Assembly (NCBI GenBank): GCA_963843845.1
Contig: CAWJMB010000002.1
Coordinates: 1,504,001-1,568,000 of the forward strand
Origin: an uncultured Gemmatimonadaceae bacterium
GTDB lineage: Bacteria; Gemmatimonadota; Gemmatimonadetes; Gemmatimonadales; Gemmatimonadaceae
Length of the DNA stretch: 64,000 nucleotides
Reading direction: 5' to 3'
Numbering within the stretch: the stretch's first letter is position 1; each line of letters begins with the position of its first letter. Below are positions 52,005 through 63,504 of this stretch, in pieces. The notes beneath the pieces are model-generated. The model saw only the letters and a program-made list of their open reading frames with translations, did no database searches and had not been told where the DNA came from. The translations under genes were made by a program, and so were the position numbers.

Positions 52005-53159
52005 GTGGAGAAGATTCTGCGCGCCGCCGTCGAGCGTGGCGCTTCCGACCTGCACATTCGCGCCGGCGACGTGTTCCGCGCCCGCATCGACGGCCGGCTC
52101 GTGCCGCTCACGCGTCAGGCGCTGACCGCGGACCAGACACGCTCGATCGCGCTCGGGCTGCTGCCGACCGACGCCGACCGGCTGCGGATCGACGAGCTCA
52201 CCGACTTCGACTGCTCGTGGGCGGCGCCGGCGTTAGGCCGCTTCCGCGTGAACGTGATGCGGCAGCGCGGCGCGCTCGCGATCGTCATGCGCCTCATTCC
52301 GATCGACGTGCCGACGTTCGACCGGCTCCGGCTGCCGCACGCCCTCCCGGGGATCGCGGAGGCGGAGCGCGGCATGGTGCTCGTCACGGGTGTGACGGGC
52401 TCCGGAAAGTCGAGCACGATGGCAGCGATGATCCGGCACATCAACGAGCGGTCGGAGAAGCACATCCTCACGCTCGAGAACCCGATCGAATTCCTGCACG
52501 GCGACGTACGCAGCGCCGTGACGCAGCGCGAGATCGGCGTCGACACCGACAGCTTCCGTTCCGGGCTGCGCGCGGCGCTGCGCCAGGACCCCGACGTCAT
52601 TCTCATCGGCGAGATGCGCGACGCGGAGACGGTCGACACGGCGATGAAGGCGGCCGAGACCGGGCACCTGCTCGTGTCGACGCTGCACACCCCCGACGCA
52701 CAGAGCACGATCCTCCGCATCATGGCGATGTTTCCACCCGAGGAGCAGCAGGTGGTCCGCCTGCGGCTCGCGGAGTCGCTCCATGCGGTCGTGTCGCAGC
52801 GATTGCTGCCGCGTGCGACGGGCAGCGGGCGTGTCGTCGCGGCCGAAGTCATGATCGTCACCGCGGCGATCCGTGACCTGATCGCCGAGGGGCGCGTGAG
52901 CGAGATCCGCGAGTTCATGGCCGAGGGGCGGATGCAGTACGGCATGCAGACGTTCGACCAGCATCTCGAGACGCTCGTGCGTTCCGGCGAGGTGGAGTAC
53001 GAGGTGGGGCTCGCCGCGGCGACCCGGCCGTCGGACTTCGCGCTGCGCTTCAAGATGCAGCCCCACCAGGGCTCGCCGGTCCCGCGCCCGGAGGGCGAAC
53101 CCGCCGGAGTCGGCGCGGGGTTGCCGTCGGGTGGTGAGTTCGACTTCTTGCAGGGGTGA
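52005..53159 (+). CDS. PilT/PilU family type IV pilus retraction ATPase
   Basis: ASDLH, GVTGSGKSST Walker A, ALRQDPDVILIGEMRD, TGHLLVSTLHT, GMQTFDQ. Confidence 0.93.
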   Translation: MEKILRAAVERGASDLHIRAGDVFRARIDGRLVPLTRQALTADQTRSIALGLLPTDADRLRIDELTDFDCSWAAPALGRFRVNVMRQRGALAIVMRLIPIDVPTFDRLRLPHALPGIAEAERGMVLVTGVTGSGKSSTMAAMIRHINERSEKHILTLENPIEFLHGDVRSAVTQREIGVDTDSFRSGLRAALRQDPDVILIGEMRDAETVDTAMKAAETGHLLVSTLHTPDAQSTILRIMAMFPPEEQQVVRLRLAESLHAVVSQRLLPRATGSGRVVAAEVMIVTAAIRDLIAEGRVSEIREFMAEGRMQYGMQTFDQHLETLVRSGEVEYEVGLAAATRPSDFALRFKMQPHQGSPVPRPEGEPAGVGAGLPSGGEFDFLQG

Positions 53160-53206
53160 CGGTCGGGCGGCGGGCGCCCGACGATCTCCTCTCTCTCGCT
53201 CTCGAC

Positions 53207-54126
53207 ATGCCTAACGTTCTGGGCGGCATCATGGCGCCGGTCACCTCGCCGTTCGACGCGGCGGGCGAGTTGGCGCTCGATCGCTTCGCGCGGCAGGTGC
53301 AGTACTATCTCGACACCGGGCTGTCGGGGGTGCTCGTGGCGGGATCGAGCGGAGAGGCGGCGCTGCTCGATGACGACGAACGGGTGCGGCTCCTCGACGC
53401 GGCGCGCGCGGTGGTGCCGACGGATCGGTGGCTGCTCGCCGGGATCGGCGGCGAATCGACGCGCGTCACCGTCCGCCGCGCACATGAGGCGGCGCGGGCC
53501 GGCGCGGACGCAGTGCTCGTCGTCGCGCCGCACTATTTCCAGCGGCGCATGAGCGACGCCGCGCTCGAGGCGCACTACCGGCGCGTGGCGGACGAGAGCC
53601 CGCTGCCGACGATGCTCTACAACGTGCCGGCGTACGCGCACCTCGTGCTCTCGCCCTCGCTCGTGCATCGCATGGCGGAGCACCCGAACGTGATCGGGAT
53701 GAAAGACAGTGCCGGCAACCTCGCCGTGCTCGCCGAGTACATGCAGGCGGCAGGCGACGGCTTCCGCGTATTGACCGGAAGCGGCCAGACGACGCGCGAG
53801 GCGCTCGTCGCGGGCGCGAGCGGGGGGATCCTCGCCGTGGCGCTGTTCGCGGCGCCGCTGGTCGTCGCGCTCGACGATGCCGTCCATTCGGGGAACGAGT
53901 CGGCGGCGGTCGCCCTCCAGATGCGCCTTGCGGCGCTCGCGAAGGGGATCGTCGCGGAGCTCGGACCGCCTGGGTTGAAGGCGGCGATGGACGTCGTCGG
54001 TCTCGAGGGGGGGCACCCCGGTCGCCGCTCCTGCCGCTCGACTCCGTCGAGCGCGATCGCGTCTCGGCGCTGCTCGCGGAGTGCGCGGTGCCGCGCGCCG
54101 AGCTGCACGCGGCGGCGCACGCCTGA
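53207..54126 (+). CDS. Dihydrodipicolinate synthase family aldolase (apparent frameshift near 54015)
   Basis: GSSGE, LYNVP, Schiff-base IGMKDS. Confidence 0.88.
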
Positions 54127-55344
54127 GTGACGACCGCTCCTGCGTCGCGGGAGCAGCGTGGCGAGACCGAGCGCGACAGGGCGGCACACGACACGTCTTC
54201 GAGCACGTCGCGCCACCTGGCAGCGATCGCGAGCGCGCCCCGGCCGGCGGGGGGTGAGGCCGAGGCGCGGGCTCGCCGCTACTGCGCGGAGCACCTCGCT
54301 GCGGCCGGTTTCTCGGTGCACGAGGCGCCGTTCACCTACTCGGCCAGCGTCGGGCGGTGGGGGATGCCGGTGGCCGGGATGCTGTGGGTGGCCACCCTCG
54401 GCGTCGCCACGGCGGTGGGGGCATGGGGGCACCCGCTCGCGGCACTCGGCGCGTTAGGCGCCTTCGCCGCGGCACTCCCGCTGCTGGCGCGGTGGGCCAC
54501 GCGCGGCGTGTTGCGGATGGGGTCGGAGCGGCGCGCCGCGACGAATCTCGTCGCCACGCGCGGCGACGCGGCACCCGACGTCTGGCTCGTCGCGCACCTC
54601 GACTCGAAGTCGCAGCCGGTGCCGATGGTCGCGCGTGTGGTCGGCGTCGGCGGGTCGGTGGTCGTGCTCGTGGTCGCGGCGCTCGTCGCGGTCGGCGCGG
54701 CGGTCGGCGCGGCGGTCGCAGGCGCGTGGCTGCCCCTCGCGGCGATCGGCGTCGTCCTCGCGTTGCCGGTGATCGCGAGCGTGATCGGCGCGCGATCGCC
54801 GGGCGCGCTCGACAACGCGTCGGGCGTCGTGGCGGTGCTGCTCGCCGCGTCCGAGGCGCTCGACGACGTGCCGCCCCTGCCGGCGTCGTGCGGCGTGCTG
54901 TTGACGAGCGCCGAGGAGCTGGGACTGGCGGGGGCGCGAGCGTGGGCGGACCAGATGCGCGCCGCGCGCCCGCAGCACGCGCCGTCACACGCGAGCGCCG
55001 CACGGCGCGCGGTCGCGTTGAACGTCGACGGCGTCGACGACGGCGGGCCGCTGCGCGTGATGATCGCCTCGCCGCTGCCACCGGAGGTCGAACGCGTGCT
55101 CGACGGCGGGCGCATCCGACGGCTCCGCGTGCCGCCGGGGGTGCTCGTCGACGCGATCGCGCTCGCCGAGGGCGGCTTCGCCGCGCTGACGCTCAGTCGC
55201 GGCACGCTGCGCACGCTCGGCCGCATCCACACGCCGCACGACTCGCTCGCGCAGTTGCGAGGGGACGGAATCCGCGACGCCGCGCGACTCCTGCGCCGAC
55301 TCGCGGCGGCGTGCGCGCTTGACCGGCCATCGACGGCGGGCTAA
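54127..55344 (+). CDS. M28 family metallopeptidase with TM segments
   Basis: VAHLDSK, GALDNASG, AEELGLAG, IHTPHD. Confidence 0.8.
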   Translation: MTTAPASREQRGETERDRAAHDTSSSTSRHLAAIASAPRPAGGEAEARARRYCAEHLAAAGFSVHEAPFTYSASVGRWGMPVAGMLWVATLGVATAVGAWGHPLAALGALGAFAAALPLLARWATRGVLRMGSERRAATNLVATRGDAAPDVWLVAHLDSKSQPVPMVARVVGVGGSVVVLVVAALVAVGAAVGAAVAGAWLPLAAIGVVLALPVIASVIGARSPGALDNASGVVAVLLAASEALDDVPPLPASCGVLLTSAEELGLAGARAWADQMRAARPQHAPSHASAARRAVALNVDGVDDGGPLRVMIASPLPPEVERVLDGGRIRRLRVPPGVLVDAIALAEGGFAALTLSRGTLRTLGRIHTPHDSLAQLRGDGIRDAARLLRRLAAACALDRPSTAG

Positions 55345-55436
55345 GGTCTCGATAGAGCGTCGGTCGTGTGCGACGGACCCGCGCCGCCTCGACTGTCGCA
55401 CCGATCTCATGCCGATGGCTGACTGTCCCGCAGCGA

Positions 55437-57294
55437 ATGACTGAGGGTGCGCGCACGACGCTCCCAGCGGGAATCCGCGGCGATCGGCTCGAGCAGTTCC
55501 TGGCCGATCTCGCCGGCGCGCGCGATGCCCGCAGCGCGGCGCGGTGTCTCACCGACACGTTCGCCGCGGCGGCCGGCTCCACGGCGGTGCTGCTCTACCG
55601 CCTGGACGAGCGTGAGCGGAGCTTGCTGCTCGACGCCGTCACACCCGGCGATCGGAGCGCGCCGCAGCGCATCGCGCGTGACGACGTGACGGCACGCGCG
55701 CTGTTGCGCGACCGCGCTGTCGCTGCACGCGATGACCGGCGACGACCTCGCGGTGCTCGAGTCGTCACCCGAGCACGGTGCCGCTCCCCCGGCATCGCCG
55801 GGCGCGGCGGCGGGATGCTGCGCACGCTGGGCACTGCTGCCGCTGCCGCAGCCGCGGCTGAGCTTCTCGTCGGCGCTGCTCGACGCGGCCGCGGCGCGTG
55901 CGGACGCGGGCGACGGATGGACGGTGCTCACCCCCGCGCACGGCGAGCGGCGCGGCCGAGTCGGGCTCGCTCCGTTGGGCGTCGTCGCCATCCGTCTCGC
56001 CGACGGGAGCGACGCCTGTGCCGTGATCGACGGCGTGCTGGGCGCGGCGACGCTCGCCGGCCCGATCCTGTCGCGCGGCCTCGCCGTCGAGCAGTACCGG
56101 GCGATGGCCGCGCGCGCCGACGTCGAGCGCGATCAGCTCGATCGCATCTTCGACTACGTCGCCGATCCGATCGTCGTCACCGACGCCGCGGGCCGGATCG
56201 TCGAGGCGAACCAGCAGGCCGAGCGGCTGCTGCGGGGAGACGACGGCGAGGCGGAGCACGCGGCGCGGCGGAGCGAGAACCTCGCGACGTTCCTCGCGTT
56301 CGCGCGTGACGCGATCGGCGAGCCGGTACGACGCGGGCGGCTCACGTTCGTCAACCCGACGAGCGGCAACCCGCTCCCGATCGAAGTCGTGACCGGCACG
56401 ATCGACGCGCGACGCGACGAGCCTGCCGTGCTCGTCGCCGTGCTGCACGATCGCACGACGCAGGCGGAGAACGAGCGGTTGTACGAGGAGCTGAAGCGGT
56501 TCAGCGCCGTGCTCGAAGCGCGGGTGCGCGCCGCCACGTCCGACCTCGAGACGCGCAACGCGCAGCTGCGAGACGCAGTCCGAGGAGCTGGAACGAGCGA
56601 ACCGGCTGAAGAGCGAGTTCCTCGCGAGCATGTCGCACGAGCTGCGAACGCCGATCAACGCGCTCATCGGCTACACGGCGCTGCTGCGCGACCGCGTGTA
56701 CGGCGAGCTCACGCCGAAGCAGGACGACGGGCTGCGCCGCATTCACGTCGTCGGCGGAGCAGCTGCTCTCGCTCATCACCGACATCCTCGACCTCGCGCG
56801 CATCGAAGCGGGGCGGCTGCCCGTGCATCTCGAGCGCGTCGCGCTGGCGCCGATCGTGCGCGACGCCACGGCGTCGCACGAGCCGACGGCACGCGAGCAA
56901 GGGGCTCGCGTTCTCGGTCGAGCTGCCCGACGAGCCGCTCTTCGTGCGGAGCGACGCGACGCGGCTGCGGCAGGTGCTCGGCAATCTGCGTCGGCAACGC
57001 GGTGAAGTTCACGGCGAAGGGAGGCGTGACCGTGCGCGCGGCTCGCGATGGCGACGCGATGCGGATCGACGTGGCCGACACGGGGATCGGCATCCGCGCG
57101 GAAGACGTCGGGACCGATCTGGCAGGACTTCCGGCAACTCGACCAGTCGCGGACGCGTGCGCTACGGCGGCACCGGGCTCGGGCTGACGATCGTGCGCAA
57201 GCTCGTCGAACGGCTCGAGGGGACCATCACGGTGGACAGCACGCCGGACGTGGGGTCGACGTTCACGGTGCGGGTGCCGGCGATGGACGGGTGA
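55437..57294 (+). CDS. PAS-domain sensor histidine kinase (several apparent frameshifts; start uncertain)
   Basis: PAS (DPIVVTD, EANQQAE), H-box [27 protein letters not shown]. Confidence 0.85.
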
Positions 57295-57335
57295 CGCCGC
57301 TACCCGCGGGCCGCGGCCTGCCGTAGATTCTGACG

Positions 57336-57360
57336 ACGCCCCGCACCCCGGGGCGTTTTT
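57336..57360 (+). terminator. Terminator-like hairpin between the kinase gene and purA
   Basis: ACGCCCCG-CACCC-CGGGGCGT followed by TTTT. Confidence 0.6.
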
Positions 57361-57396
57361 CGTGTGATACCGTCAGGGTCGATTTCCAGGGGAGCG

Positions 57397-58680
57397 ATGT
57401 TCGACACGCAGACACGGACGCTCGTCGTCGTCGGCGCGCAGTGGGGCGACGAAGGGAAGGGGAAGCTCGTCGACGTCCTCGCGGAGCGCGCGGATTGGGT
57501 CGTGCGCTATCAGGGAGGCGCGAACGCGGGGCACACGGTGCACATCGGCGAGACGTCGTTCGTGCTGCATCAGATCCCGAGCGGGATCCTGCACCCCGGC
57601 GTGCGCTGCGCGATCGGGAACGGCGTCGTGCTCGATCCCGACACGCTGTTCCACGAGATCGACGAGCTGGTACAGGATGGCGTCGACGTCGAGGGCCGGC
57701 TGTACGTCAGCGAGCGCGCGCACCTCGTGCTGCCCTATCACAAGCGGCTGGACGCGGAGAGCGCGGCCAGCAAGGCGATCGGCACGACGGGGCGGGGCAT
57801 CGGGCCGGCGTACGAGGACAAGGTCGCGCGGCGCGGCGTGCGCGTGCTCGACCTGCGGCATCCCGCGCGGCTGCGTCCACTCGTCGAGGCCGGCGTCGCG
57901 CACGCGAATGCGCAGCTCGCGCGCTTCGGCTCGTCGACGCAGGTCGCGGTCGACGACACGATCGCGCTGCTCGAGCGACTGGCGCCGCGGCTGCTCGCGC
58001 TCGCGGAGGACGTCGGGCTGTGCGTGCACCGCGCGATGCAGGGGGGCGCGGCGGTGCTGCTCGAGGGGGCGCAGGGCTCGCTGCTCGACGTCGATCACGG
58101 CACGTATCCGTACGTCACGTCGAGCAGCACGACGTCCGGCGGCGCGGCGATCGGCGTGGGGATCGCGCCGACGGCGATCGACGCGGTGCTCGGCGTCGTG
58201 AAGGCGTACACGACACGGGTCGGGAACGGGCCGCTGCCGACGGAGATCGGCGGCGCCCTCGGCGAGGAGGTCCGGCGGCTCGGCAACGAGTTCGGCGCGA
58301 CGACGGGGCGGGCACGGCGGTGCGGCTGGTTCGACGCGCTCGTCGTGCGCTACGCGACCCGGGTGAACGGGCTGTCGGGGCTGGCGGTCACGAAGCTCGA
58401 CGTGCTCGACACGATCGACCGGATCGCGCTGTGCACCGGCTACGAAGTCGACGGCGAGGTGTACACCGAGTTTCCAGGCGACGTCGATGCGCTGGAGCGG
58501 GCGGTGCCGCGCTACGAGTGGTTCGACGGCTGGCGCTGCTCGACGGCCGAGGCGCGGACGCTCGAGGCGTTGCCCCGTGCGGCGAGGGAATACCTCGATC
58601 GGATCGAGGCGCTGGTCGAGGCACCGATCCGGTTCGTGAGCGTGGGGACGAGGCGGGACCAGATCATCGGCAGCTTGTAG
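57397..58680 (+). CDS. purA: Adenylosuccinate synthetase
   Basis: GAQWGDEGKGK, GGANAGHT, IGTTGRGIGP, EFGATTGR. Confidence 0.98.
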   Translation: MFDTQTRTLVVVGAQWGDEGKGKLVDVLAERADWVVRYQGGANAGHTVHIGETSFVLHQIPSGILHPGVRCAIGNGVVLDPDTLFHEIDELVQDGVDVEGRLYVSERAHLVLPYHKRLDAESAASKAIGTTGRGIGPAYEDKVARRGVRVLDLRHPARLRPLVEAGVAHANAQLARFGSSTQVAVDDTIALLERLAPRLLALAEDVGLCVHRAMQGGAAVLLEGAQGSLLDVDHGTYPYVTSSSTTSGGAAIGVGIAPTAIDAVLGVVKAYTTRVGNGPLPTEIGGALGEEVRRLGNEFGATTGRARRCGWFDALVVRYATRVNGLSGLAVTKLDVLDTIDRIALCTGYEVDGEVYTEFPGDVDALERAVPRYEWFDGWRCSTAEARTLEALPRAAREYLDRIEALVEAPIRFVSVGTRRDQIIGSL

Positions 58681-58740
58681 TCGGCGGTCGCCCGACCCCG
58701 CGGTCGACGCGGCGTCCGCGTCTCACCTCCGGAGAGCGAG

Positions 58741-59756
58741 ATGGATTTCGTAGATGTCGTCGTCGTCGGCGCGGGCCCGTGCGGCCTCGCGGCCGCGATC
58801 AGCGCGATGCGCGCCGGCCTGACCGTCGCCGTCGTGGACAAGGGGCCGGTGTGTGCGACGATCACCGAGTATCCGACTTACGCGACGTTCTTCTCGACCG
58901 CCGAGAAGCTCTCGGTCGGCGGGCTGCCGTTTCTGCTCGCCGAGACGAAGCCGACGCGGAAGGATGCGCTCGCGTACTACCGTGGCGTCGTTCGCCACTT
59001 CGGCATTCCGCTTCGTCAGTTCGAGACGGTCACGGCGATCGAGGGCGCCGCGCCGCAGCTCGTCGTGCGCTCGCGCCGCCGCACGGGGGAGGAACGCGCG
59101 CTGCGCTGCCGCGCGGTCATCGTCGCGACCGGCTACTTCGGCACGCCGAACTGTTGGGCGTTCCGGGCGAATCGCTGCCGCACGTGTCGCACGTCTACCA
59201 CGAGGCGCACGAGGCGTTCGAGCAGGACGCGGTCGTCGTCGGCGGCGGGAACTCGGCCGCCGAGGCAGCGCTCGATCTGTGGCGGACGGGGGCGCGCGTG
59301 ACGGTCGTGCACTTCGGCCCCTCGTGGGACAAGCGCATCAAGCCGTGGGTGCTGCCGGACATCACGAACCGGATGCGGGATGGGAGCATCGTCGTCTGCT
59401 GGGAGTCGCGGGTGACGGCGATCCGATCCGACGCCGTGGTGGTGCAGACGCCGGGCGGGGAGCGCGCGATTCCGGCCGACCACGTCTACCTCATGACCGG
59501 CTTCGCGCCCGACACGTCGCTGCTCGCCGCGACCGGCGTGACGATCGACCCGACGACCGGCATCCCGGCGCACGACCCGGCGACGTTCGAGACGAACGTG
59601 GCTGGCGTCTACATGGTCGGCGTGCTCGTCGCCGGGTACGACGCGAACCAGGTCTTCATCGAGAACGGCCGCTTCCACGGCGACCGGATCGTCGCGCATC
59701 TCACCGGGAGCGGACGCGTGGGCGACGCGCTCGTCAGCGCCGACCCCGACAGCTGA
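58741..59756 (+). CDS. YpdA-family FAD/NADPH oxidoreductase (putative bacillithiol disulfide reductase; apparent frameshift near 59150)
   Basis: GAGPCG, FFSTAEKL, KPTRKDALAYY, VGGGNSAAEAAL, IKPWV, FIENGRFHG. Confidence 0.85.
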
Positions 59757-59861
59757 GCGGGGGCCGCGGGGCCCGCACCGGGGGGTCGCGAACGCCCGGG
59801 GCCCCGAGTCCGGTCCGATGTCACTAGGTTGGGTGTTCTCACGACCACCTTCGACGCACTC

Positions 59862-61237
59862 ATGCCCGCCAGTACGAATCCCGACGTGATGGACAAGCTC
59901 GTGTCGCTCTGCAAGCGGCGCGGCTTCATCTTCCAGTCCTCCGAGATCTACGGCGGCACCGGCTCCGTCTGGGACTATGGCCCGCTCGGCGTCGAGCTGA
60001 AGCGCAACGTCAAGGAGCGCTGGTGGAACGAGCATGGTCCGCATGCGCGACGACGTCGAGGGGCTCGACTCGGCGATCCTCATGCACCCGAGCGTCTGGG
60101 AGGCGTGCGGCCACGTCGCCGGGTTCGTCGACCCGATGGTCGACTGCCGCAACTGCAAGGGGCGCTTCCGCGCCGACAAGCTGACCCGACGCACGCTGCC
60201 CGCAGAACCCGAGCAAGTGACCCGGCGAGGCGGAACGAAAGTGACGCTCACCGAACCGCGCCAGTTCAACCTCATGTTCAAGACGTTCATGGGCCGCGCT
60301 CGAGGAGGCGCGGCAACGATGTCTACCTGCGTCCGGAGACGGCGCAGGGGACTTACGTCAACTTCCTCAACGTCCAGCAGTCGCACGCGCCAGAAGGTCC
60401 CGTTCGGCATCGCGCAGATCGGCAAGGCGTTCCGCAACGAGATCACTCCCGGGAATTTCATTTTCCGCACGCGCGAGTTCGAGCAGATGGAGATGCAGTT
60501 CTTCGTCGAGCCGACGGCGACTGACATGGAGTGGTTCGAATACTGGAAGGCCGAGCGGATGCGGTGGCACCGCGGGCTCGGGCTGTCGCGAGGACAGGCT
60601 TCAGTTTCACGCGCATACGGGCCGGGCGAGCTGGCGCACTATGCGCGCGCGGCGTTCGACGTCCAGTTCGATTTCGGTGGCTCGCTTGGCGTTCCAGGAA
60701 ATCGAAGGCATCCACAACCGCGGCGACTTCGACCTGTCGCGGCACCAGAAGTTCTCGGGCAAGAAGCTCGAATACTTCGAGCAGGCGACCAACAAGCGGT
60801 TCCTGCCGTTCGTCGTCGAGACGGCGGTCGGGCGCGGACCGCATGCTGCTCGCGATGCTCGTGAACGCGTATCGCGAGGAGGAGGTCGAAGGCGAGAGCG
60901 AAGGGCGCGTGGTACTCGGGCTGCATCCGTCGATCGCACCGATGAAGGCGGGCGTCTTCCCGCTCGTGAAGAAGGACGGGATGCCCGAGATCGCGACCAG
61001 GCATCGCGAACGATCTGCGCCGCCATTTTCCGGTGTTCTACGACGACAGTGGCGCAATCGGGCGCGCGCTATCGTAGGCAGGACGAAGTGGGGACGCCCT
61101 TCTGCATCACGGTGGACGGGCAGACGGCGCAGGACACGACGGTCACGATCCGCGACCGCGATTCCCTGCAGCAGGAGCGCGTCGCGGCCGACCGAGTGGC
61201 CGACGTCATCCGCGCGCGACTCGAGGCGGCGTCCTGA
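59862..61237 (+). CDS. glyQS: Glycine--tRNA ligase, alpha2 type (several apparent frameshifts)
   Basis: [66 protein letters not shown]. Confidence 0.95.
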
Positions 61238-62761
61238 CCATCGCGACGCTCGAGCAGCTTCGCAGCGCCGGCGAAGCGCTGAGTGGCGAGGTGGCGCGTG
61301 CGCTCTACGAGGCGCACGCCGGGCTGACGCGCGAGCCGAACCTCGACGCGATCTACGCGCGGCACGGCGCGGCCGCCGGGCCGGACGCCCTCGAGGTGGC
61401 GCGTGGCGCGTGGGCCGACGCCGCCGCCGACTCAGCCGAATCCACGTCGCTGCGCGCACTGACCGAGTGGGTGGTCGAGGCGCAGACGGCGCGTGCGCTG
61501 GCGCCGTTCGACGAGCGCGAGATCGCGTGGGAGCAGAGCGCCGTCGTGCGGACCGCCGACGGCGAGACGGCCGAGTACTCGAGCATCGTGCCGCGCATCG
61601 CGAACACGCGGGACCGCGCCGAACGCGTGCGGCTCGACGACGCGCGCGCCGCCCTCGTCGCGCGCGAACTCGCCCCGATGCGGCGCGACCGCCTGCGGCG
61701 CGAGCACGACGACGTCGTCGCGAGAGCTTCGGCGACGGGTACGTCGCGACGTTCGAGCGGTTGAGCGGCGTCGACCTGCGCGCGCTCGCCGCGACGTGCG
61801 ACGCGCTGCTGCGCGACAGCGCCGGCGATGTGGGAGGACGTGCTTCCGACGTTCGCGCGCCGCCGCCTCGGGGTCGGCGCGACCGAGCTCACGCGGGCGG
61901 ACGCGCTCGCGCTCTTCAGGGCGCCGGAGTTCGACACGTACTTTCCGGCAGGGGGGATGCGCCACGGCGCGCGTGCAGATGGACGCGATGGGGGTCGACG
62001 CGACGGCCGGCGGGCGAGTCCGCTACGATGTCGGCGACCGTCCGGGGAAGCGGGCGCGCGCGTTCTGCGCGCCGGTGCGCGTGCCGGACGAGGTGTACCT
62101 CGTGCTCCGACCGCAGGGCGGGGCGGGCGACTGGCGCGCCCTGCTCCACGAGCTCGGACACGCGCTGCACTTCGGCTACACGCGCGCGGACCTCCCGTTC
62201 GAGGCGCGGTGGGCGGGCGACGCGTCGGTGACGGAGGCGTTCGCGATGCTGTTCGACCATCTGCTCCACGACGGCGGGTGGCTGCTCCGCTCGACGGAGC
62301 TCGGCCGGGCGCGCGTCGCGGAGTTCCGGCGGTCGATGGCGTTCGAGGAGCTGCACTACCTGCGGCGCTACGCGGCCAAGCTCCGCTACGAGCTCGAGCT
62401 GTATGCGGCGTTAGGCGCCGAGCGGGTCGACTGGTCGACGGTCGACGATGCGTACGTCGAGATCCTCGGTGCGGCGACGCGCATGCGGTATCAGCGCGCG
62501 GACGCGGTCGTCGACGTCGACCCGCGCTTCTACGCGGCGCGCTACCTTCGCGCGTGGCAGCTCCAGGCCGTGTTGTCGGAATCGCTGCGCGAGCGGTTCG
62601 ACGACGACTGGTGGCGCAACCCGCGCGCCGGGCCGGCGCTCGTCGACGAGCTGTGGGGCGACGGGCAGCGAGAGGGCGCGGAGGCGCTCGCGGCGCGGGT
62701 GGCCGGGGCTGGCCTGTCGTTCGCGCCGGTGCTGCGCGCCGTGGAGCGGTCGCTCGCGTGA
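61234..62761 (+). CDS. M3-like (zincin) metallopeptidase (apparent frameshifts; probable CTG start)
   Basis: PGKRARAFC, LLHELGHALH HExxH, VTEAFAMLF, YAARYLRAW. Confidence 0.75.
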
Positions 62762-62913
62762 GCACTCTGCTCGCCCAGCTGCTGCGAGACCCGCTGCTTC
62801 TCCACGTCGCATTCCTGGCCGCGCTCGCGCTCCCGGCGCTCGCGGCGGTCGGCGCGGACTACCTCGCGCGGCGCGCCTTCGATCGGCCGCGCCGCCGTCG
62901 CGGCGGTCGTTAG
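62758..62913 (+). CDS. Small membrane protein (51 aa, hypothetical)
   Basis: GTG overlaps the upstream TGA; hydrophobic LLLHVAFLAALALPALAAVGA then an Arg-rich tail. Confidence 0.45.
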   Translation: MSTLLAQLLRDPLLLHVAFLAALALPALAAVGADYLARRAFDRPRRRRGGR

Positions 62914-62940
62914 GCGCCGCCGGACACGCGCCGTCGCGTC

Positions 62941-63471
62941 ATGTACGCAGGTCACGTAGGGATCGCGCTCGCGCTACGGTCTCGAGCCGGTGCGCCACGA
63001 CTCGCCTGGCTCGTGCTCGCGGCGCAGGGACCCGACTGGGTCGAGGGGGCGCTGGATCTCGGCGGCTACCGATGGGTCGATCCGTCGTCGAGCCCCCACG
63101 CGTGGATTCCGATCGCGCTCGGCGTGCTGGTCGTCGCGGGGGTGGCGGCGTCGCTCTCGGCGCGGCGTACGCGCGGGGCGGCGGCGCTCTTCGTGGGGCT
63201 CGCGTACCTGTCCCACTGGCCGGCCGACTTCCTCACCGGATGGAAGCCGACGCTGCCGGGCGGACCGATGGTCGGCCTGCGCCTGTACGGTCGGCCCGCC
63301 GTCGACTTCGCGCTCGAGTCGGCCGTCATCCTCGCCGGCTGGTGGGCGTGGCGCCGCACGCTGCCGCGGTGTCCGGACGGAACGCTTCGTGAACCGCGGC
63401 CGGTCGGATTCCTCCTCGTCGCGCTGCTCGGCCTGCAGTGCGCGGCGGACGCGGTCATGTCGCGCGCGTAG
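62941..63471 (+). CDS. Membrane protein, metal-dependent hydrolase-like (YdjM-type motifs)
   Basis: MYAGH, GPD, PH, LSHWPAD motifs plus TM helices. Confidence 0.6.
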   Translation: MYAGHVGIALALRSRAGAPRLAWLVLAAQGPDWVEGALDLGGYRWVDPSSSPHAWIPIALGVLVVAGVAASLSARRTRGAAALFVGLAYLSHWPADFLTGWKPTLPGGPMVGLRLYGRPAVDFALESAVILAGWWAWRRTLPRCPDGTLREPRPVGFLLVALLGLQCAADAVMSRA

Positions 63472-63504
63472 CATGCCTAACGATCTCTCACCGAGGTGCT
63501 GCTG

